IMG/VR virus record: IMGVR_UViG_3300009686_000016
Location: 1 to 26,181 of that record
Reading direction: 5' to 3' (one strand)
Length of the DNA: 26,181 nucleotides
Source of the DNA: a virus
Lineage: Duplodnaviria > Caudoviricetes
This document shows, one piece after another, positions 24,997 through 26,181 of the stretch. The notes beneath the pieces were generated by a model. The model saw nothing but the letters and a program-made list of their open reading frames with translations. It did not search any database and was not told the origin of the DNA. How positions within the stretch are numbered: position 1 is the stretch's first letter; every line of letters begins with the position of its first letter. A program made the position numbers and the translations under genes.

Positions 24997-25590
24997 TTAT
25001 CTGAATAGTGGGTTGATAATCTGAATGCCATAATTGTGCTTTGTGGCCAGTTCTGCAATGTAACGGTCTGTTTTGGCTGCCTCCACATCTTCCTGGTGCA
25101 CGTTGATCGTTTTTTGCGTTGTCTCCAGCTGCAGTGTGAAACCGTGATCTTTCACTTTCTTGTTGCAGAAGTATTTCCGGTCGTAAGTATTGGCCATGTG
25201 GATGCGTTGTCCTTCAAAAGGTAGTCCATGAGCTTTGCGAAACCATTCCACCATTTCAGAACTTGATATAAAGCCATCCTTCTTTGCAAGTTTAATTTCT
25301 TCCTGCGCCGACAATGTAATTCCATCAATATTGATATTAATAGTGTTTGGAGTTGGTTCATTGATTGTAATATCCTCCGTTTTCAGACAAATAGTTTCAC
25401 CCATCTTTTTACAGTACTTTGTCCGAAGCCCGGAAAACAGAAATAACTTATCCCCTTTCCGGATAGGCCGTTTCCGTGTGGCCCTGATGGTTGTACTTTT
25501 TGGTTTTACACCCGTCCGCTTTGCGTAGTTCTTGTCGAGCATGGCCAGGATCCCCGGTGCAAACTCTTTTTTGAAATTTAGTGATGGCAT
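24997..25590 (-). CDS. ASCH-domain protein with C-terminal extension
   Basis: LNFKKEFAPGI...KSTTIR...IRKGDKLFLFSGLRT...LAKKDGFISSSEMVEWF matches the ASCH (PUA-like) signature. Confidence 0.8.
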   Translation of the reverse strand: MPSLNFKKEFAPGILAMLDKNYAKRTGVKPKSTTIRATRKRPIRKGDKLFLFSGLRTKYCKKMGETICLKTEDITINEPTPNTININIDGITLSAQEEIKLAKKDGFISSSEMVEWFRKAHGLPFEGQRIHMANTYDRKYFCNKKVKDHGFTLQLETTQKTINVHQEDVEAAKTDRYIAELATKHNYGIQIINPLFR

Positions 25591-25593
25591 GGC

Positions 25594-25827
25594 TTAGTCG
25601 TTTGGATGATTCTCGAAATCAAAAAGTGACTGCAAATTCATAACTTCATTTTTCAATGAATATGGATCTTTAAAGACCGGCAAGTTGTAGTCCTTGATTT
25701 CCAATTCAATCAAAAGACATTCAGCAGCATTTATCTCCAAAAATGCTTCATTAAGGTGATTTACAATTTGTGCGCGAGTTGCGTCAGGAAGTGTTTTCAC
25801 CATTTTCCGAAATTCTGTTTTTGTCAT
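25594..25827 (-). CDS. Hypothetical protein (77 aa)
   Basis: Tightly packed, co-oriented ORF. Confidence 0.7.
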   Translation of the reverse strand: MTKTEFRKMVKTLPDATRAQIVNHLNEAFLEINAAECLLIELEIKDYNLPVFKDPYSLKNEVMNLQSLFDFENHPND

Positions 25828-25839
25828 GACGGTTGATTA

Positions 25840-26040
25840 TTAGTCTGATATGTAATTTTGTAAGACAAGTAATACCTTCATTCTCCGGTCTCTTGCCGCT
25901 TTTGATACAAATGGCTTCTCGAATGTTTTCCATTCACTGGTTCCGGGACCTTTGAACTTTATCCGGATATTTGGCTGATCATCGCTGCGGAGGATTACGA
26001 ATCCTTTTGCAATTACTTTTTGTTGTGAGTTTGCGTCCAT
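25840..26040 (-). CDS. Small hypothetical phage protein (66 aa)
   Basis: Co-oriented; similar to the truncated upstream ORF. Confidence 0.75.
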   Translation of the reverse strand: MDANSQQKVIAKGFVILRSDDQPNIRIKFKGPGTSEWKTFEKPFVSKAARDRRMKVLLVLQNYISD

Positions 26041-26048
26041 GATTTGAT

Positions 26049-26181
26049 TTATTGCTGGTTATCAATTATTGTTTTATCCTCCGATCCAAGTTCGATCAAA
26101 CGAGTGGTCAATTTTTTAAGGCTGTCAAATGTTTCAATGGTATACCATCCGCGACGGCCTTTATTCTTTCTTTCAATCCGG
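26049..26181 (-). CDS. 5'-truncated hypothetical protein, paralog of 25840..26040 (not in ORF track)
   Basis: Manual translation ...RIERKNKGRRGWYTIETFDSLKKLTTRLIELGSEDKTIIDNQQ*, stop at 26049-26051. Confidence 0.7.
   Translation of the reverse strand, partial: RIERKNKGRRGWYTIETFDSLKKLTTRLIELGSEDKTIIDNQQ

Larger units (their letters stand above)
1..26181 (-). mobile_element. Tailed temperate phage/prophage segment (Bacteroidota-type); both ends lie outside the window
   Basis: Co-oriented primase-helicase, Clp protease, capsid, terminase, portal and tape measure genes; no host housekeeping genes; no att site or integrase visible. Confidence 0.95.

Noticed and set aside
562-25528. Numerous + strand ORFs and short alternative-frame minus ORFs in the ORF track (e.g. 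16553..16972, 18041..18511, 18989..19465, 20840..21064)
   Set aside because: They are antisense or out-of-frame shadows of well-supported minus-strand genes and have no motifs or expression signals; only the RHH gene is credible on +

Overview
The window is an internal segment of a long-tailed temperate phage or prophage of a Bacteroidota host. The host assignment rests on TAnnTTTG -7 promoters, a lipoprotein and the gene families present. Almost all genes are on the minus strand. Reading right to left: small early genes including an ASCH-domain protein; a 1065-aa DnaG primase fused to a P-loop helicase, followed by an iteron/AT-rich origin-like region; a two-gene unit of unknown function; ClpP-type prohead protease, major capsid and a probable tail tube; terminase small and large subunits; a ~4 kb accessory island; then portal, head-tail and tail genes, tape measure and two tail proteins, the last truncated at the window edge. 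The island holds a lipoprotein, a divergent RHH/KilA-N pair, small paralogs and a Panacea antitoxin with a PemK/MazF-like partner. The most notable signals are: (1) a four-copy, exactly spaced GTCCTTY-N20-YA motif before four structural gene blocks, a candidate phage-specific late promoter, with a candidate activator and a tail-tube-like paralog encoded upstream of the first copy; (2) a Panacea TA pair whose toxin may carry a 1-nt homopolymer frameshift; (3) a CGAAGTAAG iteron origin; (4) an immI-like RHH/KilA-N/antisense module. No integrase, lysis genes, tRNA, rRNA or CRISPR array were seen. All functional calls come from motif recognition by eye; no database search was run.
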